Shown here in pieces: positions 15,540 to 24,976 of a DNA stretch of 38,377 nucleotides. Below the pieces are notes generated by a model, which ran no database searches, had not been told where the DNA came from, and saw only the letters and a list, made by a program, of their open reading frames with translations. How positions within the stretch are numbered: the first letter of the stretch is position 1; each line of letters opens with the position of its first letter. Location of the stretch: the IMG/VR virus record IMGVR_UViG_3300030606_000025, positions 1 to 38,377 of that record. One strand, 5' to 3'. This stretch comes from a virus. Lineage: Duplodnaviria; Caudoviricetes. The translations under genes were made by a program, and so were the position numbers.

Positions 15540-16459
15540 TGACAATCGATCAACGCATAGCCGACTACTACCAAGCAATTGTGCCGGGTAGTTTTGCCAG
15601 CATACCATTTGGTGTGCGGCGTGGTTCGATATCGGGTGGCTTTGATGTCGCGGATGAAACCCGCTTTGGTCAGGGTACCGTGGTGCACGGACTACAAGCG
15701 AGCAACGATCGTTTGCAGGTAGATGCGTATATCACTGGCGCCGATGCTCTCGCTCGAGCGAAAGCGCTCAGGCGTGCTTTTCGTGCTGGTGAGGGAACAC
15801 TCGTGTTTCCGTGGGAAGGTAGCGTACAGGCAATATGCATCCGACACGATCTAAATTGGGAATCTGAATCGCTCGAGTGGGTAGAGTTCAGCGCGGAATT
15901 CGCCCTTACAGTTCTGCCTGAACAAGAGCAAACACAGGCGCCTACAAGCGCAAGCGCAGCCACCGAGTCGATTATCCTACTCGGTCGTGATCTGGCCGAT
16001 TCGCCCGCTGCATTGGCGCAGATGGAAACGTTACGGCCGTTGCTAACGCTCGAGCCATCGGGGCAAACAGGAGCGGACTACACAGAGCAAGTCACGGACG
16101 CTTTGATATCAAGTCCGAGCAGAGCAGAAGGTGAAGTGCCAAGTGTGCTGGCAGAACTCGGACAGGGCCTGCAAACTGCCGAGCGCGGCGAGCTGTTGCA
16201 GAATCAAGCACTCGCGCTCGAAGCACGCTTGCTCCTGCATGCTGAGCGCTACGATGCAACGGCTCTCTTAGATATGCGTGAACAATTCATGCTTTTTGTG
16301 GGTCCTTTTGGTGGCGGTGTGCTTGCACAGCAACAAATAGCCACAGGGTCAACCCTGCAAGGAATATCTGTAAATACCGGCATTGACTTAGACGTGTTGG
16401 CGCAGCGTAACCGTGCCGCCATCTCAAGATGGTTTGCCATTGGACGGGTGCAGGTGTGA
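15539..16459 (+). CDS. Mu gpN-like DNA circularisation/tail protein
   Basis: GSFASIPFGV...GEGTLVFPWEG...VEFSAEF N-terminal motif; degenerate LysM-like C-terminus. Confidence 0.8.
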   Translation: MTIDQRIADYYQAIVPGSFASIPFGVRRGSISGGFDVADETRFGQGTVVHGLQASNDRLQVDAYITGADALARAKALRRAFRAGEGTLVFPWEGSVQAICIRHDLNWESESLEWVEFSAEFALTVLPEQEQTQAPTSASAATESIILLGRDLADSPAALAQMETLRPLLTLEPSGQTGADYTEQVTDALISSPSRAEGEVPSVLAELGQGLQTAERGELLQNQALALEARLLLHAERYDATALLDMREQFMLFVGPFGGGVLAQQQIATGSTLQGISVNTGIDLDVLAQRNRAAISRWFAIGRVQV

Positions 16460-17421
16460 TCACCGTCAACGGCACACCGGTCACGTTCGAGTCACTAGTG
16501 ATCGCTCGATCGCTCGAAGAAGCGCACAGTTCGGTACAGTTCAAGTCGCACGTGAACCTGGCCGCTCAAGTCGATGCACCCGTGGTCGTGCACGATCACG
16601 ATGGACAGATTCGATTCACTGGCTATCTGGAAACGCACGATGGTGATCGTGTGCGAGGTTACGCGTACGGTGCAAGATCACATGCTGTCATGCTTGATAA
16701 ATTCGACGCGTTGGGTAACGAGGTTTTCAACGCCACAACGATCGAAGCAATGGTGCGCAACCTTGCACAACGCGCGGGCGTGAACGTGATCACAACGACT
16801 TCGCGAAAACTCGCGAGGTTTCGTATGGAGCGTGGTGAGAGCTATCGTGAAGCAATCCAACGTGCGGCCGAGCTGGTACGTGTAGTGCTCACGGACGACA
16901 GTCATGGTCGAGCGCGGTTATTTGTGCTTGAGCAAGCACATTTGCCAGACATAGTGTTAGGCACGCTGCGTGAGCCTTTGCAGGTCAAGATCAATATCGC
17001 TGAGTGGCGCAGGGATTGGTATTGTCGGGGTTCCCGTTTGCTGGCAGCTGCTGATGTCCAAGAAGGATCGGATATCTCAATCGGGCTACAGCAAGTCGCC
17101 TCGCAAGCACGGGCGTCAAGGCGCGTGCTATCAAACAGCGCAGCTACGTCGCGAGCAAGCGCCGGCGCGTTGGTAGACTGGGAAGCGCGCAAGGCCCTGG
17201 CTTCTACCGTGGTCGCTACTGCAAGCCTTGCGGAGTGGCCAGGTGAGCCGGGGACGCTGGTGCAGGTGCCAGAGCTGGGCGAGATCCTGGTGCTGCAAAG
17301 TGTGAGTGCTGATATCCCTAAACGGGTGTATACTATTAGCCTAGCCTTCCCTGATGCCTATCTGGCGTCGGGCAGACTGCAACCAAACACACTAACCAAG
17401 AGCGAAAGGTTCCGAGCATGA
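16456..17421 (+). CDS. Baseplate hub protein (Mu gpP-like)
   Basis: FESLVIARSLE, FTGYLE, GESYREAIQRAAE..LTDDSHG motifs; GTGA overlap with the upstream gene. Confidence 0.8.
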   Translation: MITVNGTPVTFESLVIARSLEEAHSSVQFKSHVNLAAQVDAPVVVHDHDGQIRFTGYLETHDGDRVRGYAYGARSHAVMLDKFDALGNEVFNATTIEAMVRNLAQRAGVNVITTTSRKLARFRMERGESYREAIQRAAELVRVVLTDDSHGRARLFVLEQAHLPDIVLGTLREPLQVKINIAEWRRDWYCRGSRLLAAADVQEGSDISIGLQQVASQARASRRVLSNSAATSRASAGALVDWEARKALASTVVATASLAEWPGEPGTLVQVPELGEILVLQSVSADIPKRVYTISLAFPDAYLASGRLQPNTLTKSERFRA

Positions 17422-17588
17422 CTTCTGACCATGAAAAGTTCGACACTGCTGATTGCATCGAAGTGCAGGTAGGCGGCGTGAAAGGTGCGTTTCAAGCGGC
17501 CCGTGCCTTGTTCGAGACGGTCACGATCGATGAGACTGTGGATCTATCGCAGGCCGTGCTCGTGTCGCTGTTCAGCGCGGATGCGTGA
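17418..17588 (+). CDS. 56-aa acidic protein MTSDHEKF...DLSQAVLVSLFSADA
   Basis: Manual translation; ATGA-coupled to the hub gene and overlaps the spike start, filling the gap exactly. Confidence 0.55.
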   Translation: MTSDHEKFDTADCIEVQVGGVKGAFQAARALFETVTIDETVDLSQAVLVSLFSADA

Positions 17589-18069
17589 ACAGGGCAAAAT
17601 AGCGGCCGTCAAATCGAGCAACGGCGTGGTACGGCTCGATGTCGAGATCGCAGGAGAGATCGTGACGGAAGTGCTCGCGCTCGAACGTGCTGGTGTACAG
17701 CGTCCGTTCACCAAAGGCATGCGAGTGTTTGTGGAGATGCCCGCAGACAGCGAGACTGAGCGCGTCGCATGGCCATACGAGATCCAGGCGCCTACGGACA
17801 ACCACGCGATCACGCTTGGCGAAATCACGATCGTGATCAAGTCTGATCGTGTGGAGATTCGCACGATCGGTGGCAGTGCTGTGCAGATCCCTACATGGCA
17901 ATCGGTAGACGATCTGCGCCAGGCGCATGTTGATCACGGGCATGAGTATATTAACGCTGTTGCCACACCTACGGCCACAAGCACGCCAATCGCAGGCATA
18001 GCGCCAATCACGCTACCGCCAGCGCCAACACCGGATATCGAACCGCTGGGTGTGCTCTATGCCGAGTGA
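17581..18069 (+). CDS. Baseplate spike (Mu gp45/P2 gpV-like)
   Basis: OB-like N-terminus from MREQGKI; HxH metal-binding motif (HGH) near the C-terminus. Confidence 0.75.
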   Translation: MREQGKIAAVKSSNGVVRLDVEIAGEIVTEVLALERAGVQRPFTKGMRVFVEMPADSETERVAWPYEIQAPTDNHAITLGEITIVIKSDRVEIRTIGGSAVQIPTWQSVDDLRQAHVDHGHEYINAVATPTATSTPIAGIAPITLPPAPTPDIEPLGVLYAE

Positions 18070-18373
18070 CACACCAATCGACTTGGACGCGTTCTTTGCG
18101 CAGAGCGTGCCTGTAGAATTGTGCAATCTTGCTGCCTTCATGGGCACAACGCTCGAACAGCGCGCAGATAGCGTGTGGCAAGACTCTGGGTACGGCTCAA
18201 TTATCGAGGAGCTACTGCAAACACCTAATACTGGCAGTTCTCAGCAAATCGAGATGGAGCGTGTGATCGCCGCTGTTGAACTCACTGGCGTGATGACCGT
18301 AGCCGAAGATCGCACACTGCGCGCGTACGACCACGACATCATTATCGACACGGAAGGGGTAACGCTGACATGA
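18059..18373 (+). CDS. Baseplate protein (Mu gp46-like)
   Basis: WQDSGYGSIIEELL resembles the gp46 WWGD..GSRLWLL motif; synteny. Confidence 0.6.
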   Translation: MPSDTPIDLDAFFAQSVPVELCNLAAFMGTTLEQRADSVWQDSGYGSIIEELLQTPNTGSSQQIEMERVIAAVELTGVMTVAEDRTLRAYDHDIIIDTEGVTLT

Positions 18374-18564
18374 GAAAGCACACAATCCTAGCGTGGCTAT
18401 ACACGATCTGTACTGTGGCCGCTTGCGTTGTTGCGCTAGTGCTGGGCTACAGCACTTACGTCACAGCGTTTCGATCCTTTCTGTTTGTGTTTCGCAAGTA
18501 TGCTCGTTGCACCGTTGATCATGTTCGCCGCAACCTTGTTGCACGAGTATCGACATGCTTGTGA
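18370..18564 (+). CDS. Small single-TM hypothetical protein
   Basis: ATGA-coupled; hydrophobic segment around residues 6-30, basic C-terminus. Confidence 0.45.
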   Translation: MRKHTILAWLYTICTVAACVVALVLGYSTYVTAFRSFLFVFRKYARCTVDHVRRNLVARVSTCL

Positions 18565-18613
18565 TGCTGAACCGTCGGCGCGCGCGCACGCACGGAAGGG
18601 GAAGGGGTAACCC

Positions 18614-19726
18614 TTGCCTAAGCTGATAGCAATAACCCTCCCATCACTCGGGGAAACCCTCCGTAAGGTCGGCCAGGGCTTGAACGCTGAATATCGCACG
18701 ATCGGGCTCAATGCGTTCAAGACCAACAACTTGTTGTTTGGTCTGCGTGTGATCATTGCGCGAGTTACACAACAGCTCTACTTGCTGGCACGCGAAGCAG
18801 CGAGCCAAGCTACCCCGTTCGGGGCCACGGGCAGTAATCTCGACGATTGGCTCGATATCCGCAACGTCCAGGTGCCGCCAGAGGCAACGGCAACAGGCTC
18901 TGTAGAGATCACAGGCATCAATGCAAGCCTTGACGCTGGAACGGAGCTTGCCAGCTCGGACGGATACGTGTACACGCTCGATTCCGGGGTTGTGTTTAGT
19001 GGTGTAGAGAGCACAACTGTTGTGAACGTTAACGCCGTCGCCACAGGTGCGGATTATAACAGAGCACCTGGCGATATCTTACAGATCGATACTGCCGATG
19101 ATGGTATCAATCCAGATGCTGTAGTCGTGACCTTATCTGAGGGCAGCAACCCGGCCGATGACGTATTCAAAGAAACACTCTTGCAAGCCTCATGGTCGCA
19201 AGGAGACACCGATCGCACGCTTGCGGCATACCGCACACGCTCGCTAACGTTTAATAGCCAGTTTCGCGAGGTATACGTGGTAAGTGCCGCGCTCGGTGCC
19301 GGTACCGTTGGCATCTTTCCCACGAACAAGCTCACAGGCGAACAGGCTGACTATGAAGTGAACGTGGCAAGTGCCGCGCAGGTCGCCGTATTGCAGGCAC
19401 ACCTAGAGCAAGACACAGTGCGGGGCACGAACGATCGCATTTTTGTGAAAGAACTCGTGCTCTTGGCGTATACGTTCGAGGTATCGATCACACCCGATAC
19501 AGCGGACACACGTGCAGCCGTGATCGAGTCTATCGGGACACGTCTGGCAGAAGGGTACACGCTCAAGGGCTACACGATAGCCAACAGCGAGATCAGCGCT
19601 GCAATCGGATCGTCGCCGGGTGTGGAGTCGCACACGCTGGACGATGTTAATGGAGAAGGGGCAGGAGCGGACGTTGTCGCGCTCGTAGGCGAGCTGGCGA
19701 ACCTGGGGGACGTGACGTTCTCATGA
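18614..19726 (+). CDS. Baseplate J / Mu gp47-like wedge protein
   Basis: ATGSNLDDW..ATATGSVEITG..AVATGADYN..GAGTVGI motifs. Confidence 0.9.
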   Translation: MPKLIAITLPSLGETLRKVGQGLNAEYRTIGLNAFKTNNLLFGLRVIIARVTQQLYLLAREAASQATPFGATGSNLDDWLDIRNVQVPPEATATGSVEITGINASLDAGTELASSDGYVYTLDSGVVFSGVESTTVVNVNAVATGADYNRAPGDILQIDTADDGINPDAVVVTLSEGSNPADDVFKETLLQASWSQGDTDRTLAAYRTRSLTFNSQFREVYVVSAALGAGTVGIFPTNKLTGEQADYEVNVASAAQVAVLQAHLEQDTVRGTNDRIFVKELVLLAYTFEVSITPDTADTRAAVIESIGTRLAEGYTLKGYTIANSEISAAIGSSPGVESHTLDDVNGEGAGADVVALVGELANLGDVTFS

Positions 19727-21324
19727 GCATCCTGGCCACGCTCGAGCAGTTCATCAGCGATCTCCTGCCAGATGGTTTTTTTTGGCGTGGGGAAGCTGCT
19801 GAGCGGTTCGTGCGCGCTCTCGCGAGAGCATGGCAGACACCTGGTGATTTTGTCGGGGACTTGCGCGATGCTATTTACCCCGGCACCTGCGGATATGACG
19901 TACTCGTGCAGTGGTGGGATTTCCTGCGTGGCGATCTTGCGTGCGTGGCCATACCTACAGACATCGAAGATCTGCGCGAGCGTGTGCTTGCGTTGCTTTC
20001 CGCGGCTGATGCGGGAACACCTGCCGGCTTGCGTGTTGTGATACAGAGTTATTTGCCGTATGTGGATGTATATGAATCCTTGCCCGTATCATGGATCCCT
20101 AGTACTGTTCCATTTGACGTGGAGCCCACTGGGCGTGTGCTCGAAGTTTGGTACAGCCCACTGATCAACACTGAAGCTAGTGTGCGGTGCGTGGTCGAAG
20201 CCTTCAAAGCAGCGGCTGATGCTTTGCGTCTGGTGTCACCTACGCTGACATGGGGCACGAGCGGCCCAATAGCAAGCGAAAACCTGATCCGTTGGACATA
20301 CGTGGACGGGACAGCACGCTTGTACGTTGAGCGCGCACTGCTGGCTTCCGAACCCTTCACAGAGAACGCCACATATGTTGTCACAGCACGTTCTGGTACT
20401 GTCGCGCTTGATGCTGTGTTTGGGTTCGATCCAGATGAGTTTGTGCAGGGCAACAAGTTTATATTTCGGGTTGAGCGTGATTTTGCCGACGGAGCAGGTT
20501 TTGTGCCTGTGTCGAGCAACTTTGAATACACACTTACAGGCACTGATGTTGAAGCATTCACGAATTTGACAGGCTTGGCTCCTTCCCATTACTGGCCAGG
20601 CACAAAGGAAGATAGCGTCGCAGGTTTACCAGAAAGCGAACTTGTTCCACTGAATGCAGCTATCGATGCTCAAAATGCCCTGGGTTTGCAGCCGTCTTTA
20701 TTAACGTCCAAGATGTTTCAATTGGGGCGAGCCGATGGTACAGCGTGGCAATTTCCGGATCCGGGCGTGCTCGGATATGCTGGTACTACATGGGGCTGGA
20801 TATGGGTTATGCGCTCGAGCAATCCTGCCAACAGTCTTAATAACGTATTTGGCAAGAGGCGAAACGGCACACCAGATTTTCGCGGGCTCGAGATATTCTT
20901 TACAAACGCCGGCGCCGGTGTACAGGCGCGCATGACCGATTCTGGTGCAAGTACGTTCGATACAATCCTAAACGGTCCGTACAACGATGGCCAGTGGCAT
21001 GTGTTAGCTGTAGTGGCGGACGCAGGAGCTGCCCAATGGCAATTGTTCAGCGAACTAGGTGCAGGTTCTGTTGGCAGCTTAGGTGGTGGTGCTAACCCTA
21101 CTGAAATCCCGATGTCGTTAGGTACACAGCGCCTGGCTTCTGCTGGTATGGATATAGCGTTGTGGGCATACATCCCAGGGGAGCAAGCCATAAGTCTTGA
21201 TCAGGCAGTGTGTGCCGACGTCTACCAGCAACTGGTAGGTGTTGGTTTTGGTGCAAATAACCTCGTACTGTCCACAGATTATGATTTCATCATAACCACA
21301 AGCGGGGATATTGTTATCGCATGA
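19723..21324 (+). CDS. Mu gp48/YmfQ-like baseplate protein fused to a LamG/ConA-like domain
   Basis: N-terminal LLPDGFFW..AIYPGTC..LVQWW..LRERV; C-terminal WGWIWVM..VFGKR..YNDGQWHVLAVV. Confidence 0.75.
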   Translation: MSILATLEQFISDLLPDGFFWRGEAAERFVRALARAWQTPGDFVGDLRDAIYPGTCGYDVLVQWWDFLRGDLACVAIPTDIEDLRERVLALLSAADAGTPAGLRVVIQSYLPYVDVYESLPVSWIPSTVPFDVEPTGRVLEVWYSPLINTEASVRCVVEAFKAAADALRLVSPTLTWGTSGPIASENLIRWTYVDGTARLYVERALLASEPFTENATYVVTARSGTVALDAVFGFDPDEFVQGNKFIFRVERDFADGAGFVPVSSNFEYTLTGTDVEAFTNLTGLAPSHYWPGTKEDSVAGLPESELVPLNAAIDAQNALGLQPSLLTSKMFQLGRADGTAWQFPDPGVLGYAGTTWGWIWVMRSSNPANSLNNVFGKRRNGTPDFRGLEIFFTNAGAGVQARMTDSGASTFDTILNGPYNDGQWHVLAVVADAGAAQWQLFSELGAGSVGSLGGGANPTEIPMSLGTQRLASAGMDIALWAYIPGEQAISLDQAVCADVYQQLVGVGFGANNLVLSTDYDFIITTSGDIVIA

Positions 21325-21995
21325 GCGAAATATTTCACAGAACCCTCACCGTTGGTGAATTACATATTCCATTTCGCAAAGTGTTTGCTGATATTCTGTC
21401 TGTCGCTAGCGATGTTGGTCCGTATGACGCTGCTGATTTGGGAGCACTTGCGTTAGTGCAGGATCAAGGGGACGGTCATCCCCTGCTCCTCACACTCACA
21501 GCAACTACACCGGTTTGGCAGTTGTTGTGGGCAGACACCCTAATTTTAGCCGCTCAGGGCCACAACACGCCGATCGATCTACGGCGTGGTTTCAGCCAAT
21601 TCTGGACAACTGTTCCATCTGATGATGTTACCTACCCGGATACGTGGACAGTCGCGCAAGCCAGCCGATCGTTGTATATATCCTTGCCGATGTCACGCTT
21701 GCCCAAGAAGATATGGGTGCGTTTGATCGATGTCAACAATGTCAATGGTGGTGCTATTCTGCGTTTATTGCGGAAAACGCCTTCTTTGAACACCTACCTG
21801 CCGCTCAACACCACTGGTTCTCCCACAGATTTACAAACAGTATCTGCAGGATCAGGAAACAGTCAAACAATAATACTCGATCTTGAAGCTGCCAGTGTTC
21901 TCAGCAACAATTTCCCTTCTTTGCTGCAGTTACATGTGCAATCTGGCACGCAGGCAGGCACTTATCGTCTGTTGACCATTTACCCGGAGTTCTAA
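21321..21995 (+). CDS. Putative tail/baseplate appendage protein
   Basis: ATGA-coupled at the end of the tail operon; beta-rich C-terminus. Confidence 0.5.
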   Translation: MSEIFHRTLTVGELHIPFRKVFADILSVASDVGPYDAADLGALALVQDQGDGHPLLLTLTATTPVWQLLWADTLILAAQGHNTPIDLRRGFSQFWTTVPSDDVTYPDTWTVAQASRSLYISLPMSRLPKKIWVRLIDVNNVNGGAILRLLRKTPSLNTYLPLNTTGSPTDLQTVSAGSGNSQTIILDLEAASVLSNNFPSLLQLHVQSGTQAGTYRLLTIYPEF

Positions 21996-21996
21996 C

Positions 21997-22425
21997 ATGG
22001 CCGTTTTCGATCTCGAGACATCTAGCTTCGATATCGTTGTTGAGCGCTCGGTGTTTGGTTTCGTATTTATTGAACCGCCGATGCCCAGAAATGCACCTGT
22101 TGTTCGTGCAGCTGTGGGCGGCGCACTTCTGCGTATGATGTACGAGTATGGGGCAACGGGAATTGCCGCCGATGCGTTAGGCACAGGGTATCCTAATGTA
22201 AACCCTGGCTCAGCTGTCGCGATCCGACCTATCTTGCCCCCGGCTTTTGGTTACGTATTTGAAGCTGAGGGTGGCAACTATAGTTCGCTTTCAGCGGATC
22301 TTGATGCGCGAAATTTGGCTGTTGTGCTGTTCGATCCAGCGTTCGACTCGTTGAATCCCACCATAGCGCTGCCTACGTACAAAACCTGGTGTGAGGCATT
22401 CGGGGGCACGTATACGCAACTGTAG
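21997..22425 (+). CDS. Hypothetical protein (end of tail operon)
   Basis: RBS GGAG; starts 1 nt after the previous stop. Confidence 0.6.
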   Translation: MAVFDLETSSFDIVVERSVFGFVFIEPPMPRNAPVVRAAVGGALLRMMYEYGATGIAADALGTGYPNVNPGSAVAIRPILPPAFGYVFEAEGGNYSSLSADLDARNLAVVLFDPAFDSLNPTIALPTYKTWCEAFGGTYTQL

Positions 22426-22428
22426 TAT

Positions 22429-22445
22429 GTCCGTTATTAACGGGC
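22429..22445. promoter_or_regulatory. Near-perfect operator GTCCGTTATTAACGGGC ahead of the replication operon
   Basis: Best match to the symmetric consensus; possible plus-strand promoter TTGCGT(22475)-18-TACTGT(22499) downstream. Confidence 0.75.
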
Positions 22446-22546
22446 TTGCGATAAAACAAATGGTCAGAAAATCCTTGCGTCGTTCTGTGCATGTCCTGTA
22501 CTGTCCTATTCAACAGAACGTCACAGGACACCATCAAGGATTGATC

Positions 22547-23134
22547 ATGGCGAGAAAAACCAGCAAGCCCCGCACAGTGCCTCTTACCGTTCCCGTTCCC
22601 ACAATCAGCGAAACCAGCGATGGTCCGTACACGCTCAGCGAGGATGATCGCGCGGCGATTCGCACCTGCCACAAGCAGGTACAGGCCAGCATCCATGCTA
22701 TCGAGACCGATATCCAGACCAAGTACATGCAGCTCGATACCGAGCGCGAGAGCCGGATCGCGCCGATCGCGTTTTCTCAGGCCCTTCTCGAGGGTTTGCG
22801 TATCACAGCAGAAGCTGCCACGGCAACGGAAGCTCTGGACTGGATCAAACCCTGCGGTTTGCAGACACAGGCCGGTGCCGTCGTGCGCCAGGCGATGATC
22901 GCAAACGGCCCTGGCATGTATGAGTACGCGCAGTGTGCCGAGTTTCTTGCGTCCGCTTGCCGTACCGCGCTGGATAATGCCGGCGTGAGCCCTGACGCGA
23001 TGGATACGGTACTGATCCGAGCGCTTTCCAGCGCTCACGAGTTCGCCGGCGCATTTGGCCGTTCGCTGACTGCAGGAGGCAACGTGGCGCGCACGATCGG
23101 GCTCCACGGCGCTGCGTACCAGTACAACGAGTAG
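22547..23134 (+). CDS. Hypothetical helical protein
   Basis: RBS AAGGA before ATG 22547 (MARKTSK...). Confidence 0.7.
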   Translation: MARKTSKPRTVPLTVPVPTISETSDGPYTLSEDDRAAIRTCHKQVQASIHAIETDIQTKYMQLDTERESRIAPIAFSQALLEGLRITAEAATATEALDWIKPCGLQTQAGAVVRQAMIANGPGMYEYAQCAEFLASACRTALDNAGVSPDAMDTVLIRALSSAHEFAGAFGRSLTAGGNVARTIGLHGAAYQYNE

Positions 23135-23377
23135 TTACTCGCACAGCGCTGCACGAAATCCATGTGGGAACGTGGCCCTGCCAACCAGGCACGGCTGTGC
23201 AAGTAAGCGGGAGATGGTCGAATAGTGGATAACGGCCGGGAAGGCAATCCTCTACTCCCGAACAAGGGAAAATGCCAACTTGCTCATGCTGATCGGGGAT
23301 TTAGCACCCCTGGTTCACTGCCCGTTCGAGCTGGGCCGTAGGTACCACTGTGCCACATATAAGCGGAAAGGATTCCA

Positions 23378-23566
23378 ATGGATACCAAGTACCTAAATTC
23401 TGATGATCGCAAGAGTGCAAAGCGGGCACTCCGTAACCCACACGTGCAGCGTGTGTTGCGCGACTATAAGGATCGAGAGATAGCCTCTCATCTCATGTTT
23501 CGCAAACTGCGCGAAGAAATTCGCCAGCTCAAGAAAACGATCGCCAAATTAGAAAGCAAGGTATGA
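23378..23566 (+). CDS. Small basic coiled-coil protein
   Basis: RBS AAAGGA; 62 aa. Confidence 0.65.
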   Translation: MDTKYLNSDDRKSAKRALRNPHVQRVLRDYKDREIASHLMFRKLREEIRQLKKTIAKLESKV

Positions 23567-23569
23567 AAC

Positions 23570-24973
23570 ATGCTCATTGACTATATATTTGGGTTCGTCA
23601 TCTTGGCTGTCACGCTCGTGGCAACCCTCGTCGTGCGCCGGTACGGAGCTCGCGCCACACTCGATCGTGCGCAAGACTTCGCGCGAGCGGTTGCGATGGT
23701 CGTGGCCGTGGACGTGAAAGAAACTTGGGCTGGCGGCCGGATCACGCTTGACGAGTGGCTCGAAATCACAGCACGCGCTGTAGTGCTATTTAGTGAATAT
23801 TTCAGTGCACAACGTCTGCAAAAAGCGCTCACAGCTGCCGTTGGCGAGCGTACAAGCCCCGAGATGGCAAAGGACTGGACCACGGGCATAGTCAAGAGCG
23901 CTCTGATAAGGGCGCTCCGCCATATGCGAATAGAAGTGGATTTTGGCGTGCGTGGTTTTACGCCTGATACGCCTGTGCACGAGAACGGAAACAACCTCCG
24001 TGCCGCAGTACTCGATGTACTCAACGTTGATATCCCAGCTGATACGCCGAACATTGACGATATCTTGGTCGCTGCTCTCCGCGAGGAAATCACCGATCAC
24101 AAGGACATGCACGCTGATTTGGTAGCCGTGGCTGAGCATATGGGCGTACAGGGAGCCGAACAACTTGACTCTCAACAGCTCGTGTTTGTCATGGGCCAGA
24201 TTGAACTGTGTGATACTTGGCGGCTGCGTCTGTGTGAAGTGCTTGGAATCGACACCGGATGCACTTGGGGGACCGTGGTCGAGGCAGCACAGATAGTCGC
24301 ACGCGAGCGGAAGCTGCCCAACTACATCGAGGCCAAAGAGACGTGGGTAACGATTGATAATTCTCAGTCCGATATCCGCGATAGCGCCATAGTGCAATCT
24401 GTGGCGGACGTTGCCGCAGATCGCGTAGCCTACAAAGCGCTGGCATCGCGCTACATTGGGCTCATTGCTATTGTCGGCCGCCATTGCGGTCACGACGAGT
24501 GGCGGTTGCACCCTAATCATGTGCCGCACGAAGCAGTTGTCCAGGCCATAGGTGGGATGGTGCGCGAAGTTGAAACATTGCGTAAAGAGAACAAGGAGAT
24601 ATACTGCAAATGCGATTTGGCGGAACGTTATACCGCACTACGCGACGATCTCTATGTTATTTTTCAAGACCAGATCAATTTCGCGACACATGTTTCGGAC
24701 CAGCACTTTTTAGTGATGATCAAGCACATCGTGGAGACAGCGCGAGCTGTGCGTAATCACTCTATTTCGCCAGAAATGGCCGTGTCAGACATCGACAATA
24801 TACGCGAAATAATTGGGATGATTGGGGTCAGCCTCGGATATGGGTGGGAAGATTGCATTGATGGCGTCAAACAAGATGACGTTGTGGGAGCGCTCAGGAA
24901 AATATTGAAGGACGCTGAGTCGATGCGTAAATACAGATCAGCCGACAAGATGGATTACATCCTTCGTGGCTAA
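23570..24973 (+). CDS. Membrane protein: LL-H-holin-like N-terminal ~115 aa plus a long helical domain
   Basis: One TM helix followed by an amphipathic region (AVAMVVAVDVKETWAGGRITLDEWLEITARA...WTTGIVKSAL). Confidence 0.45.
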   Translation: MLIDYIFGFVILAVTLVATLVVRRYGARATLDRAQDFARAVAMVVAVDVKETWAGGRITLDEWLEITARAVVLFSEYFSAQRLQKALTAAVGERTSPEMAKDWTTGIVKSALIRALRHMRIEVDFGVRGFTPDTPVHENGNNLRAAVLDVLNVDIPADTPNIDDILVAALREEITDHKDMHADLVAVAEHMGVQGAEQLDSQQLVFVMGQIELCDTWRLRLCEVLGIDTGCTWGTVVEAAQIVARERKLPNYIEAKETWVTIDNSQSDIRDSAIVQSVADVAADRVAYKALASRYIGLIAIVGRHCGHDEWRLHPNHVPHEAVVQAIGGMVREVETLRKENKEIYCKCDLAERYTALRDDLYVIFQDQINFATHVSDQHFLVMIKHIVETARAVRNHSISPEMAVSDIDNIREIIGMIGVSLGYGWEDCIDGVKQDDVVGALRKILKDAESMRKYRSADKMDYILRG

Positions 24974-24976
24974 TCT

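Noticed and set aside
19776-19783. T8 tract as a phase-variation or frameshift site
   Set aside because: It encodes the expected G-F-F-W of the gp48-like motif in frame, and no useful alternative frame was seen.
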